DNA from: Hormiphora californensis
Taxonomy: Eukaryota > Animalia > Ctenophora
Direction: 5' to 3'
Assembly (NCBI GenBank): GCA_020137815.1
Contig: CM035356.1
Location: 8,231,149-8,295,148, forward strand
Length of the DNA: 64,000 nucleotides
Shown here: piece after piece, positions 35,801 through 50,669 of the stretch
How positions within the stretch are numbered: the first letter of the stretch is position 1
How the letters are laid out: every line of letters begins with the position of its first letter
Made by a program: the position numbers and the translations under genes
The notes under the pieces: generated by a model
Databases searched by the model: none
What the model saw: only the letters and a program-made list of their open reading frames with translations
Told to the model about the DNA's origin: nothing

Positions 35801-38800
35801 ATTACATGTAATTACCCTTTAATTACATGTAATTACCCTTTAATTACATGTAATTACTTCCAATTGCATTCCAATTACTTCAGCACCTCGAGAGCTTTCG
35901 AACGCACCCTAGAACACCTTTCTACTCCTTCCAATTGCCGAGTTCTGTATACCCCTTATTTTGACTGTTTTTCGCGTCCTACCCCTTATAGGTTTGGGTA
36001 TGGCCATCGCCACACCCCCTATACGTCGCGGGACCTCGAGACCTTTCCAACGAGCCATAGAACACCTCTCTACTACTTCAGGGGGCTTCAAAACTTTCAC
36101 TCTAAAAATATCTATGGTTATGGTTTTATGGCTTATGGTTTATCGACCAAAACGCGGAGTTTTTACGTCAGCCGACCCGAAACCGGATTTAATTTGGCCA
36201 CCCGCTGGTCTCAGGGCCTCCAAATACGTCAAAATATGTTTAAATAACCTTTTGGGGTCATTTAGACCTTTTAATTACATGTAATTACCCTTTAATTACA
36301 TGTAATTACATTTTAATTACATGTAATTACTTCCAATTACATTCCAATTACTTCAGCACCTCGAGAGCTTTCGAACGCACCCTAGAACACCTTTCTACTC
36401 CTTCTAATTGCCGAGTTCTGTATACCCCTTATTTTGACTGTTTTTCGCGTCCTGCCCCTTATAGGTTTGGGTATGGCCATCGCCACACCCCCTATACGTC
36501 GCGGGACCTCGAGACCTTTCCAACGAGCCATAGAACACCTCTCTTCTACTTCAGGGGGCTTCAAAACTTTCACTCTAAAAATATCTATGGTTATGGTTTA
36601 TGGTTTTATGGTTTATGGTTTTATGGTTTTTTTTTCATCTGGTATTAAGGGCCTGTCGGCTCGGCCCCGTTGTTTTAGTTTTAGGGGGGATGTTTTAGGG
36701 GGGATGGATTGAGTTTGGGTTATATTCGGGTCGGGGGGCCTTGCCAGGCCCCGAATGGTTTTTTTTCATCTGGTATTAAGGGCCTGTCGGCTCGGCCCCG
36801 TTGTTTTAGTTTTAGGGGGGATGTTTTAGGGGGGATGGGTTGAGTTTGGGTTATATTCGGGTCGGGGGGCCTTACCAGGCCCCCGAATGGTTTTTTTTTC
36901 ATCTGGTATTAAGGGCCTGTCGGCTCGGCCCCGTTGTTTTAGTTTTAGGGGGGATGTTTTAGGGGGGATGGGTTGAGTTTGGGTTATATTCGGGTCGGGG
37001 GGCCTTGCCAGGCCCCGAATGTAGCGAGTTCGATATATTAATTAATTAATTTAATTAATGTAAGGGCTCCATGATGTACGCAATTAAAGGTGTAGCTCCT
37101 AATAATACACCCAACTGTCGTACCACTAGATAATAGCTCAGAATAATGCACTAACCAGGGTAACAAAGTAAACACGCGATATGACTATTGGCAAGAAATG
37201 GAATAAGTAATACATCACAATGATGGGCTTAAAACACTCACAGTTGTCGTTCCTCTTACGGTTGTTGTCCTCAGTAATCTACTTCCTCATCCGGGTAGTC
37301 CTCGGCCTCCACTCACATAGGGTCGCAGCAGCACCGCAGCATAACAGTAGTATCTTAGTAGCATTAGGGTACTCCTCCAGTACTATCATAGCTCGGTAAT
37401 CGTATCAATCCCCAAGTATACACGGTCCGGGCATCGATCCTCAATCATCTAATAAAGAAGTAAGACAGTAGAGCAGGGACACCTCAGGAGCTGTAGTAGA
37501 GATCCTCTCTGTAACTGGTCCAAGTGGGAACTGCCCTCAATGGGAAATTCAGCTTCCTTAAGTATTCCTTTTCGTCGGAATACTCGGCGGGTATTGGATT
37601 ACTCGGCGGGTCCCAGCGGGAAACTCGGCGGGCCAAACATGAGGCTGTTATTGGATTACTCGGCGGGTCTCATCGGGGAACTCGGCGGGCCAAACATGAG
37701 GCTGTTAGTATCAGGTTACATTCATGATTCATCCCACAACAATGCAGTGCTGGCAAGCACTACGGTGTAAATATTATATATGCACACGGTTCCCCGTGTA
37801 CATGCCTGCGGGGGCTCTGCCCCCTACACCCCCGCCGGGGCTGCGCCCCTGGACCCTGCTAGTGGGGGGTTTCACCCCCCACACCCCCTGACCGAGGCTG
37901 CCGCCCCTGGCCCCGGACACCCAGGGACTTGCTGGGCCGAAGGCCCAGCGCCGTCCCTGCCCAGGGGAGAGGGCCGAGGGGTGATGGTATGATTGCCGCC
38001 AGCCGCATGGCGCGTGCCGAATGTTGTATTTCGACTTTGTATTTGTAGCTGTTATGTAGTGACATGTAATGCAGAAAGGGATCAAGATAAGAGGTGCATG
38101 GAAATTTGGGAGTAACAACTGGTTGTACATTGTCCCGGANNNNNNNNNNNNNNNNNNNNNNNNNNNNNNNNNNNNNNNNNNNNNNNNNNNNNNNNNNNNN
38201 NNNNNNNNNNNNNNNNNNNNNNNNNNNNNNNNNNNNNNNTCGGGTCCTTCAAACCTCTTCTGGCCTCTCCTCGGGTCTTCAACCATTCATCCTCTCCGCG
38301 GGTCTTCAACATCTTCGGTATACCCTCGGGGTCTCAACATCTTCTGTCCTTTCCTCGGTTCTTCAACATCTTCTGGTCTACGCCTCGGGGTCGTCAACAT
38401 TTCGGTTTCTTCCTCGGGGTATTAACATCTTTGGTCTTCCCCTCAGGTCTTCAACATCGTATTCATGCTCCTCGGGGTCTTCAACATCTCGGTCCCTCCC
38501 GGGGGTTCTCTAACATCTTCGTCCTATCATCGGGTCTTCAAACATCTTCTGTTCTACTCATGAGGGGTCTCAACATCTTCGGTTTTCTCTCTCGGGATCT
38601 CAATTTTTTGTCCTTCCTCGGGTTCTCAACATCTTCTGTCTACTCCTCGGGTCTTCAACATCTTCGGTTCTCTGCCTCGGGGGTCAAACACTGTTGTCTT
38701 CTCCTCAGGTTCTTTCAACATATTTCTGTCCTCTCGTCGGGTCTCTAACATCTCTGTCCTCTCATCGGGGCGTCTTCAACATCTTTGTCTACATCTTGGG

Positions 38801-41695
38801 GTCCAAAATTCGGTCCCTCCTCGGATCTTCAACATCTCGGTTCCCTCATCGGGATCTTTCAACATTCTTTTGTCCTTCCTCGGGTCTTCAACATATTATG
38901 TCTACTCCTCAGGTCGTCAAACATCTGCGGTTCTCTCATCGGGTCTGGAACATCCTCTGGCCTTCTCCTCCCAGAATTGGAACACCTCTAGTCCTCTCCT
39001 CAGGATCTTAAACTTCCTCTAGTCCTCTCCTTCAAATCTCGCAACATCCTCTCGTCTCTCTCAGAATCTGGAACATCCTCGGCCTCTCCTCAGAATCTGG
39101 AACATCTGGAGCCCTCCTCAGACTCTGGGAAAACATCTTGGATTCCTCCGGAATCAGGATCGCAAATTGTTCTAGTCATCGATTCTACCCTGGATTTAGT
39201 TGATTTTTTTGGTTTTGTCTGAAGCTGTGCTGCCGCCCTACCACCCTTATATTCGCAAATCGTTGTGCACAGCTCCCATTCCCAGCTGGTTTTCTTCTTT
39301 TCTTGTCTTGTCTTGGCCACAGCAGCTCCACGCTGATCTGAAAATAACAGTTAAAGTAAATTAAAAGTTTTGAATTTAAAAGCAAAACACAAAAATAAAA
39401 ATATCTTACACAATTCATGCAAAATGTATCTCTCACTATCACCAAGTGTTTTTTTTTTTTCAAGTCCCCCTTTCCAAGCCCTTTCCGAGCTTACTGTCCT
39501 TCCCTCAGTACATCATGTCAAATATTCTGAAACCGTAAGGTGTTCCTGGAATGCCGGTACCGTAGTGCGTTTCCATTCTATTTTTTATTGTTTCTCCCAT
39601 TTCGCTTTCCTCCTCCACCTTTCTTTGTTTTCTTTTCTCCCTCAATCCCCCTTTCTTCTCGCTCTGTTCACTCTCAGGGGAAGTCAGAGCATCACATGCC
39701 TCCTCCAAAGCCTCCACCATCTCGGCTTCCTCTGCAGCTTCATCCTCTACTATCATCCCACTGTGTACTTCTTGTCATTCAACCTCCTTTTCCATAATTC
39801 CTGGATCATCCAGCCCTGCCTCAACTCCACCATCCCTAATTGCCGCTACCTCATCTCCATTGCCGACATTATAATGACTAGACCGTATGCCAATCTTTTT
39901 ACTTAATCTTTTTAGTTTTTTCGAATTTTTCCTAACAATGTCCTCCATCCTCTTTCTTTGTTCTTTTTCTTCCTCCAATTTCTCCTCTAACTGTTTTCTT
40001 TCTCTTATCTCGCATAATCTCTCTTTCTTCTCCTGCTTCCTCAGGCGCTTCTCTTGGTTCCTCAGATTCTTCTCTTTCTCAAGTTGAGTTTTCAGGTAGC
40101 CACGCTCTTCCTCCAAACACCTTATCTCGTCCGTCTTAACTTTCCTCGATGAGCCTCGAGGGACATAAACCTTGCCAGATTCTCTGGCTTCCCTTTCTTT
40201 CTTTTTCCTATAATGCCTTCGAACTTCTTTCCCGCTTCTTCTCCTTGGCCCGCTCCGTCGCGTAAGGACCCCAATCTTCTCCACATCCATTCCCTCTTTG
40301 GGGTCTGCTCTGCCTCTTCTTTACGACCCTTGTTGTGTCACTGAATTCCCTTCCCACTTCTTCCGCTGTCCCTCTCCCGTCGCCCCCTCCACCTGGTTTT
40401 CCGCAGTCATTGACTTCTTCCTCTCCAAGCCACCGCCTGCAACTAACTGTTTGCGACTCCACACTCGGCTCCACTTCTCTTTCTCTTGATTCGTCCGACT
40501 TCAATCGGCCCACTTCAATTATTTCTCTCCCTCTTTCATCACTTTCTCCACCTGTTTTACCCTTCCCACGGTTATTTTCTTCTTTCTCTCCGATCTGCTG
40601 ACTGCGATCCGTTGGAGTCGGCGAAGATTCCACATCCGGTTCACCCAACCACGGTATTTCTTCAAGAATTCGATCTACTTCAATTTCTCTTTCTCTCACT
40701 CTTTCTGTTCTCGTTCTCTTCTTGTTTGATCGCTTGTCATTTCTTCGTTTCGTCTTTCTTTGTTCTCTTCCTCTCTTTTCTTTTGCCGTTCTTTCCTTCT
40801 CTTCCCTTTAATCATGCTCACGCCCTCTCTTAACGCTTGGCAAGTTCTAGCCTCTCAGAGAAGCAATTGACTCTGCCCCCAGATCTTCCAAAAATGAATA
40901 ATTCCTTGATCCAGGGCACCCGACCGCTGTATACAGGAAAGTATGGGAGGGCGGCGACAACGACTCCGGCACCTGCAGCCCCACACATTCTTTCATTTCC
41001 ATATTCATAATGTTCTAAGAAAGTTATAGGATTTAAAACTTGATTAAATAAAGTATTTAACAACTTCCAAATCCAAAACGAAACTGAATCCACAACTGAT
41101 GGCACACTTCGGACTTTCCTGTATATGGCGATTGTTCGAACCTCCTTTCTCTCTGCAAATAATTTAAATACAACGCTATGGGTTAGACCCATAGTAGAAA
41201 AAAAACTATTGTTAGTAAAGTAGGAGGTAAAAGGTTTCAAAAAATAACAAACAATCAACCCGAAAATTAATAACAAAAAGAACACTTATCCCCTTCTGAG
41301 CGGTTGATATCTAAATTTAAGATTAATTTTCTAGGACAAAAAGCGATGCACCCACGCCAGGCACCTACGAGAAATGAATTAAAAATGGCTCTCTCTCCAT
41401 ATATATTCATGTGTGTTGGGGAGGGACCCACTCAAGGAAATATGATCCAGCTCCTGTAGATCGTGATTCCACCAGGCCACCTCATGAGCTACGACTTATA
41501 TATCATATGCCTTTCTCTTTCATTCATTGATTCTCTATCTTCTTTTCTCTTTATTCATCTCTTTTATTCTTTTATATCTTTTCTATACCTACTATCTCTC
41601 TCTCTCTTATTATATATTTCTATATCTCTCACTATATTCTCTAAATATCTATACACATCTCTATCTCGCATATATCTCTATCGCTCTCTATCTCA

Positions 41696-41727
<32 letters not shown>

Positions 41728-44345
41728 TCTATCTCTCTTATCTATATCATCTCCTATACTCTAACTATAACTATCATCTATATCGCAATCATCTCTTATC
41801 TCTCTCTCTAGTCCTCTCTCTTTCGCTCTCTCTCCTCATATATCTAATCTCTCATCTATATCCTATCTTCTCTCTCTTTCTCTTTCTATATTTCTCTCTC
41901 TCTTCATCTATCAGATCTTCACCGCTCTCTTCTCTCTCTCTCTACTGTCCCTCTCGCACTCTCTCATACTCTCTATCCATCTATCTCTATCTTTCAATCT
42001 CTCACTTGCTTTCTAGCTCTCTTCGGTTCTTTCTTTCTCTCTCTCAAGTCTCTGACTTTCTATTTCTCTCTCGCTCGGCGCTCCCTCTCTCTCTATCTAT
42101 CTCTCTTCCTCTAGCTCTCTCACTCTTTCTCTCTCACTATCTATCGATCTCACTCTTTCAATCTCTCACTCCCTCTCTCCAGTTTTTCTCTTTTTCTCTC
42201 TCTAGTCTCTCCCCAGTCTCTCCAGTATCTTACTTTCTATTCCTCTCTCGCCCGCTCTCTCTTGCTATCTCGCTTTCTCTCTCGCTATCTCTCTCTTTCA
42301 ATCTATCACTCTTATTCCGATCCTCTCTTTAGTCTTGATCTAGTCTCTCTTAACGCTTCTTTCTTTTCCGCCCTCTCTCTTCTCCCACTGTCTTGCACCT
42401 TTTCCCTCTGAATATGCCTCCTTTTATTTATCCTTCTATTTATCGGACTTTCTCTCTCTCTCTCTCTCTGACTCTCAATCTACCCCTGTCTACAGTATAT
42501 CTCTGGAAGCCTGTTTCCTAATATGTGCATTATTACCTCTCGTGGCTAGTGGTTTGAAATTTCCCTCCATTCACAATTCACCAGTTATAATTCTAATCTG
42601 TTCGCATTCCTTCTTCTAACTTTGTAATATTATACCTATGCTATGACCTCAACTCTTTCTCTCTAGCTTTCTTTCTAACATAAAAAGATCTCTCACTGGT
42701 TCCAACATCAATCTTTAATATTTCCACATTGTTCGCTCAATCACTGATTTTCAAAATTCAAATATGAACCACTGCAGCTTATCTAGGTCTCTGGGTCTTA
42801 CTCTTATCTCTCTACTCACCTCTCGGTATTCTCACTTGTTTCCTCTCTTTCTGCCGCTTTCTCCTTGTTATATCACCCTCTCTCTGTCATACTCTGCATC
42901 TCTAACTCTCTCCGTTTTTACTTCTCTGTACCCTCTATCTCAAAATCGCATTGTAGAGGCATATGCTCCTTGACTCACTTAGAAAGCAAGATCAAAAGCC
43001 CAGGAACTCAACAAACTATTCTGCACGTGTTTCAACACGCAAACTTCCCTGCCAAAAAACAACTAAAAGCGATTTAACTTATAATTTATATATCAGATAT
43101 CTATGCATTTAACTGTCGCGAGTTCGATATTAATTAATTGATTTAATTAATGCAAGGGCTCCATGTTTGTAAAACTTGGGCGCTGTACTCCTAATAATAC
43201 ACTCCCAACGTCGTACCACTAGATAATAGCTCAGAAAATGCACTAACCAGGCGTAACAAAGTCAAACACGCGAATATGACATGGCAGAAAGAAATGGAAT
43301 AAGTAATACATCACAATGATGGGCTACTAAAACACTCACAGTGTCGTTCCTCTTACGGTTGTCGTCCTCAGTAAATCCACTTCCTCATCCGGGTAGTCTC
43401 TGGCCTCCACTCAACATAGGGTCGCAGCAGCACCGCAAGATAACAGTTAGTATCAGGGTGCATGGTCAGGCGAGATGTCCAGGGATAGATTATCCGGGCA
43501 GAAGTATTCGGGCCATAGGTCCTGAGAGAGTTCCGTTAGAACAAGCATCGGGATCAGGATCGTTAGAGAGAGGAGTCTGGAAACTGTCTTTACTGAACTC
43601 CTCTCTCCAAACTCGTCAGTGATGGAAACTGCCTCTCAATGGAAAATAAGGTCCCTTAATATAATCATTCCGACAGAATTAGAAGGACCTCTAGGCCAGA
43701 TTGAGCACCTCCGACCACAAAACAACGATAGGATACTCTGCCGAGATAGGACGAGAGCAGAGATCAGCCAAATAGGACGATCGCTGTACTATAGCAACCA
43801 GCATTGTATCGGGTTAACATTCATTCCAAACATGAGGCTGTTAGTATCAGGTTATATCATGATTCATCCCCACAACACTGCAGTGCTGGACAAGCACTGC
43901 GGTATAAATATATGCACACGGTTCCCCGTGTACACGTATAAGAAATGGGAGAGTTCGTGAGGGTGCCAGCAACCCTGGACTTTCTGGGAATTGGTGGTGG
44001 GGTTGAGTATCTCAACTAGTGTTTGATGGGTAACAAAGTGGATTGGATGCCGAGATGGAATCCATATCTAGCGGGCTGTTGAGGGTACTCAACATTTCAG
44101 AGGGTCATGAAGACTCGGTGGGGGCCGTAGTAAGCTCACGCTGCTCAAGAACTCAACGAAGGTGGATGGTCTTTAAATGTGATTGGGATCCATATCCTAG
44201 CGGTTGGTTGAGAATGCTCAACGATATGTGCTATAATTATGTGCCGTAGTTACAGTGCCAATTCCATTTGGAAATACATGTTCTTTATCGCTTTGTTAGA
44301 ACATGCTAGCGTCACCTGATTCTCTGTTTTATTATCTCTCTCTCC

Positions 44346-44392
<47 letters not shown>

Positions 44393-45422
44393 GGTATTCC
44401 ATGCTATTATGCAAACCTCCTCTCTCCTAACAAATGAGCCACACACAGAGGACACATTCTAGAAGGCTCGAGTGATACAAGAGTGTGTTATGTGTAGAGG
44501 GGGGGGGGCTCGAGTGATACAAGAGTGTGTTATGTGTAGAGGGGGGGGGGGGCTGAGTGATAGTGATACAAGAGTGTGTTATGTGTAGATTTTGTTAAGG
44601 GGGGTGTAGAAGGCTCGAGTGATAGTGATACAAGAGTGTGTTATGTGTAGAGGGGGGGGGGGGCTGAGTGATAGTGATACAAAGAGTGTGGAGGAGATTT
44701 GTTAAGGGGGGTGTAGAGCTGAGTGGTAGTGATACAAGAGTGTGTAGGTAGAGGGGGGGGGGCTGAGTGATAGTGATACAAGAGTGTGTTATGTGTAGAT
44801 TGTGTTAAGGGGGGGGGGGGGTCGAGTGATAGTGATTACAGAGTGTGTTATGTGTAGTGGGGGGGGTGGTGGAAGGCTCGGAGTGATAGTGATACAAGAG
44901 TGTGTGTATGTGTAGAGGGGGGGGGGGCTCGAGTGATAGTGATACAAGAGTGTGTTATGTGTAGAGGGGGGGGGGGCTCGAGTGATAGTGATACAAGAGT
45001 GTGTTATGTGTAGAGGGGGGGGGGGCTCGAGTGATAGTGATACAAGAGTGTGTTATGTGTAGAGGGGGGGAGGTGGTGTGAAAACAGGAAATGAAATGTG
45101 GGTATACATGGTATACATCTCTCACTATATTCTAGAATCATCTCTCTTTTTATCTCTAGCTCGTTATCTCTCTATAGAGTCTAATCCTCCTAGAAACATC
45201 ATATCTCCATATTATTTCGTTACAGTTTCTCCTTGGTAACACACATGTCCCTCACAGCTCCCCTGAAACATATCTCCCTCCCGCAGGTTACAATTGGATC
45301 TGACCGAAGCTGGTAAGATGTAAAGGGATAAGGTCCTTGCCACTGAAGATTTAACGGGAGACAAAATGAAGGCCACTTATAACGAACTCCTAGATGAAGC
45401 AACAGCTGCTGCATCCCTTTAA
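20803..45422 (+). CDS. MDH1: Cytosolic malate dehydrogenase; exons 20803-20808, 21043-21238, 21452-21535, 22036-22250, 24243-24419, 24825-25013, 45287-45422
   Basis: [92 protein letters not shown]|VTI...[12 protein letters not shown]; GT-AG phases consistent; last exon has indels/stops in an error-prone stretch. Confidence 0.93.
22226..24072 (+). repeat. 37-bp tandem array (about 50 copies) made of the last 25 nt of MDH1 exon 4 plus 12 nt of donor
   Basis: Unit ggaccaaaatagggccaaggctaag|gttagtaaagt(a/g). Confidence 0.97.
27010..30460. repeat. Series of 27-31-bp minisatellite arrays inside the LTR element (about 27010-27300, 27425-27590, 28140-28435, 29570-30180, 30190-30460)
   Basis: For example cttcaacatcttctgtcctctcctcggggt and tcagaatctggaacatcctctggtcctctcc; a degraded homolog lies at 38240-39140. 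Confidence 0.85.
30789..31977 (-). CDS. Element-encoded charged/coiled-coil protein, frameshifted (ORFs 31192-31977 and 30789-31241)
   Basis: Basic stretch [33 protein letters not shown] then E/K/R-rich coil; homologous ORFs at 39775-40699. Confidence 0.4.
34684..36625. repeat. Satellite of about 480 bp x4 inserted in the LTR element
   Basis: Units start near 34684, 35159, 35650 and 36144 (cgaccaaaacgcggagtttttacg); internal taattacatgtaatta subrepeats and (tatggt)n tails; absent from the homolog near 43100. Confidence 0.92.
36625..37020. repeat. About 133-bp tandem repeat x3
   Basis: tcatctggtattaagggcctgtcggctcggcccc...ggggccttgccaggccccgaat. Confidence 0.92.
38140..38239. other. Scaffold gap (100 N)
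   Basis: Direct reading. Confidence 1.
39775..40699 (-). pseudogene. Second, diverged copy of the element-encoded coiled-coil ORF
   Basis: [13 protein letters not shown]...[11 protein letters not shown] versus [24 protein letters not shown]; GKVYVPR versus GTVYVPR. Confidence 0.45.
44465..45070. repeat. About 48-bp tandem repeat with G-runs near the last MDH1 exon
   Basis: gagtgatagtgatacaagagtgtgttatgtgtagaggggggggggctc repeated. Confidence 0.88.
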
Positions 45423-46149
45423 ACTTCACCGCCCCTTATATTAGTGGACACCTCCAATCCCTTTTTTTTCTTAACTCCAGAATGTTTTTTTGCGTGTTGA
45501 AAGACAATTTTGTATATCAAGTCAAGTTATTATATATCGTCGTTTTAAGATGTTCCATGTTTTAGGCTAAATTATTAGTTTTTGAACTTAACATGACTCG
45601 TTTTCAATTTGAATCGTCTCACCATGGTGAACATGGCGGCTGGAGCGACTTCCAAATCTCTGATCCCCGTAGAAAGTCGTTCAAACTTTGCGCGCCTCCC
45701 ACGTGACAATCAGATAACGCGCGCTGGAACCAGATCTTCATTCTTTGCGCGATACGATGTGAGGGTGAGACGTCGCGCGCTACAACTGTAATCAGGATGT
45801 GCGTGGGCGCCTAGCAGTGGGGCATCCCCCGGGGGAAGACTGGGCTTGTGACGTGGTGAATCGTGACATTGGAGGGTGGACTATCATGGGACAGAGGAAG
45901 TATCACTTCTATGCAAAACTGGGTGAGCGTGGGGAAAGGATAAATAAAGAGATCAATGGAGAGGGTAAATGCTAAAAACTCGGGGTTTCTGGTAATTTGA
46001 ATAAATTGAAAGTAAAAAGAGGTAAAATATATTTTTCACACACACACATAATGATATCGGTTCAAACTTTTCTCTGAATTTCAGTCTCTGATCTGAATTT
46101 CTCGGTTCAACTCCGTGATTTGTCACTTTGTCACTGATCCTTTCTTATA

Positions 46150-48771
<2,622 letters not shown>

Positions 48772-49476
48772 CTTTGTTCTGCTATTGGAGAATGCAGATC
48801 ATTGTAATACAGTTAGTTAGCTGATAAATCCTGAACTGATTATATTGGTAGTGATACTGTCATTTACTTTTAAAAACTGGGAAAAAGTAATTTATAGACG
48901 GTATGCAATATTGGACTTGGTTCGGTTTTGAAAACTGAGTGAACTAGATCAAGCAATAATGCAGCAGCAGTCGCCTAGTAAAATCAGCATTTCTAGAGAA
49001 ATCTTGAAACAGTTGGTGTCACTACTAGTGACTATTAGTGACTCACTAGAGATGGTCAATGCTCTGCCTCGAGAGCTAAAGTAAATCTTCATATATTCAT
49101 AAGATGATCTCCAGGATACAACCTGATGAAAAGTAGAAGAAAAAGAAGATACTCGCCACACGAGAAAAGAACAATCAGTGACAGGAGATACCCCGAGTGA
49201 GATACCTAGAGCATAGTACACCCCAGTATCTCATCATGCGTAATATCGAGATGTCTCCTGCTACTGATTACGGAGTCTCTGTTATTTCGCCAGGAGTCTC
49301 CTGGAGGCCTTCGAACTTTAGTACGGATCGCTTTTCCGTGGCAATTATTGTGTTGGCTGAAAAATGCAACTGCGGTCTGCAATAACAAAACTTAAGGATG
49401 TAAGTACTTCCTAAATAACAAGTGACTGACAGACAGGGACGAAGAAAGGCTGCCCAGGACGGACGCCATTATATAC

Positions 49477-49975
49477 GATCTGGGTGTTTCGTGGCCTGTT
49501 TACAGGTGTGCGCTGCCAAAAAAGTTGATTCACTAAAATGGCTCTAACCGCCAAACCACACAACCGTTTTGACTAATTCAAAGTTTATCTGGTAGGAAAT
49601 GTTAAGGCCTAACCCGAACCCCAACCCTAACCCTAACCCTACTTTAGCCCTAACCCTAAAAAACGTTTGTCAGCACTCACGAAACACCCAGATTTTAACG
49701 CTGGCCCCCCTTTTCGGGGCACCGTTACGATCTGGGTGTTTGGAGGCCTGTTTACAGGTGCGCGCTGCCAAAAAAGTTGATTCACTAAAATGGCTCTAAC
49801 CGCCAAACCACTCAACCGTTTTGACTGATTCAAAGTTTATCTGGTAGGGAAGATCAAGGCCTAACCCCAACCCAAACCCCAACCCTAAACCTAACCCTAC
49901 TTTAGCCCTAACCCTAAAAAACCGTTTGTCAGCACTCCCAAACCACCCAGATTTTAACGCTGGCCCCCTTTTCGG
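49477..49975. repeat. Two tandem units of about 250 bp with telomere-like (aaccct) cores
   Basis: gatctgggtgttt..ggcctgtttacaggtg.gcgctgccaaaaaagttgattcac repeated near 49478 and 49729. Confidence 0.85.
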
Positions 49976-50098
49976 CGATTTCAAAAGTTTAAAAGCAAAG
50001 CAAAGTTGGCGCGGCGCTACAACTAAAGTCCGTTTCAAGCGACTTGACCCGCAATTCTTGGAATTCGGCGCATTGCGCGTGTATTTACAAAGGGGAAA

Positions 50099-50258
50099 TC
50101 CTGAATTTCCAGGAATCTCAGGTCAAGTCGTTTGAAACGCACTTTAAACGTAACGCGCAAAATCAAAAATTACGCCGCGCACCTTTTTTAAAAAAATCCC
50201 AGACCAGCTTAAAGTGCGTTTCAAACGACTTGACCTGAGATTCCTGGAAATTCAGGAT
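50099..50258. repeat. Inverted repeat with arms of about 49 bp
   Basis: tcctgaatttccaggaatctcaggtcaagtcgtttgaaacgcactttaa ... ttaaagtgcgtttcaaacgacttgacctgagattcctggaaattcagga. Confidence 0.85.
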
Positions 50259-50669
50259 GAGGCCCTAGTAAATACGCGAGTCCTGTTAGTTGTCAAAACA
50301 GGCCCTGTTAGTCCTGTTAACAGCGCGTACAGTCCCTGTTATGGCAATTAACAGCGCGAACAGGCTGTTAACTGCCGCTGTTTTGGCAACTCCACATGTG
50401 CGCGCGCAAAATTCTCAGCGCCCAAAGATCTGAAGAACATCTCCGTGGTGTCATCGCGCGTTACGTAAACCAAATCTGGCGGTGGATCTTTATTTGCCAT
50501 TTGTGCCTGCAGCAGACGCCGCCAATAATTACCAAGACCAGTTTTGAAAGAGGTGTGGAAATTTTTGGTTCTATTAGAAACGAGTATAGGTACATTTGGC
50601 AAAGCGGCAGCGGATCCCGAAAAAAATTTTCAGTTTTAAGGCCAAAATGTCGTTGTTTTAGTAAAATCA

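Larger units (their letters stand above)
25457..43934 (-). mobile_element. Large LTR-element complex (no intact pol) in the last MDH1 intron; outer LTRs 25457-26211 and 43168-43934, variant LTR 37075-37802
   Basis: TGTAA...GTGTACA LTRs, 4-bp TSD CGTA, PBS-like TGGAGCCCTT(G/A)C next to the 43168 and 37075 LTRs, PPT-like ggtgcgggag next to 26211; two homologous but diverged internal regions; spans the N gap. Confidence 0.8.

Noticed and set aside
34922-36712. Four repeated 63-aa ORFs as a tandem gene family
   Set aside because: They are translations of the 480-bp satellite unit with no domain or splice evidence
45287-45422. MDH1 as a pseudogene because of stops/frameshifts in the last exon
   Set aside because: The exon is at the end of a stretch with many apparent indel errors (compare the 43168 LTR with the 25457 LTR); all other exons are intact. 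Needs read-level checking
49600-49920. Telomere or chromosome-fusion site
   Set aside because: Short degenerate aaccct tracts are internal parts of a duplicated unit of about 250 bp
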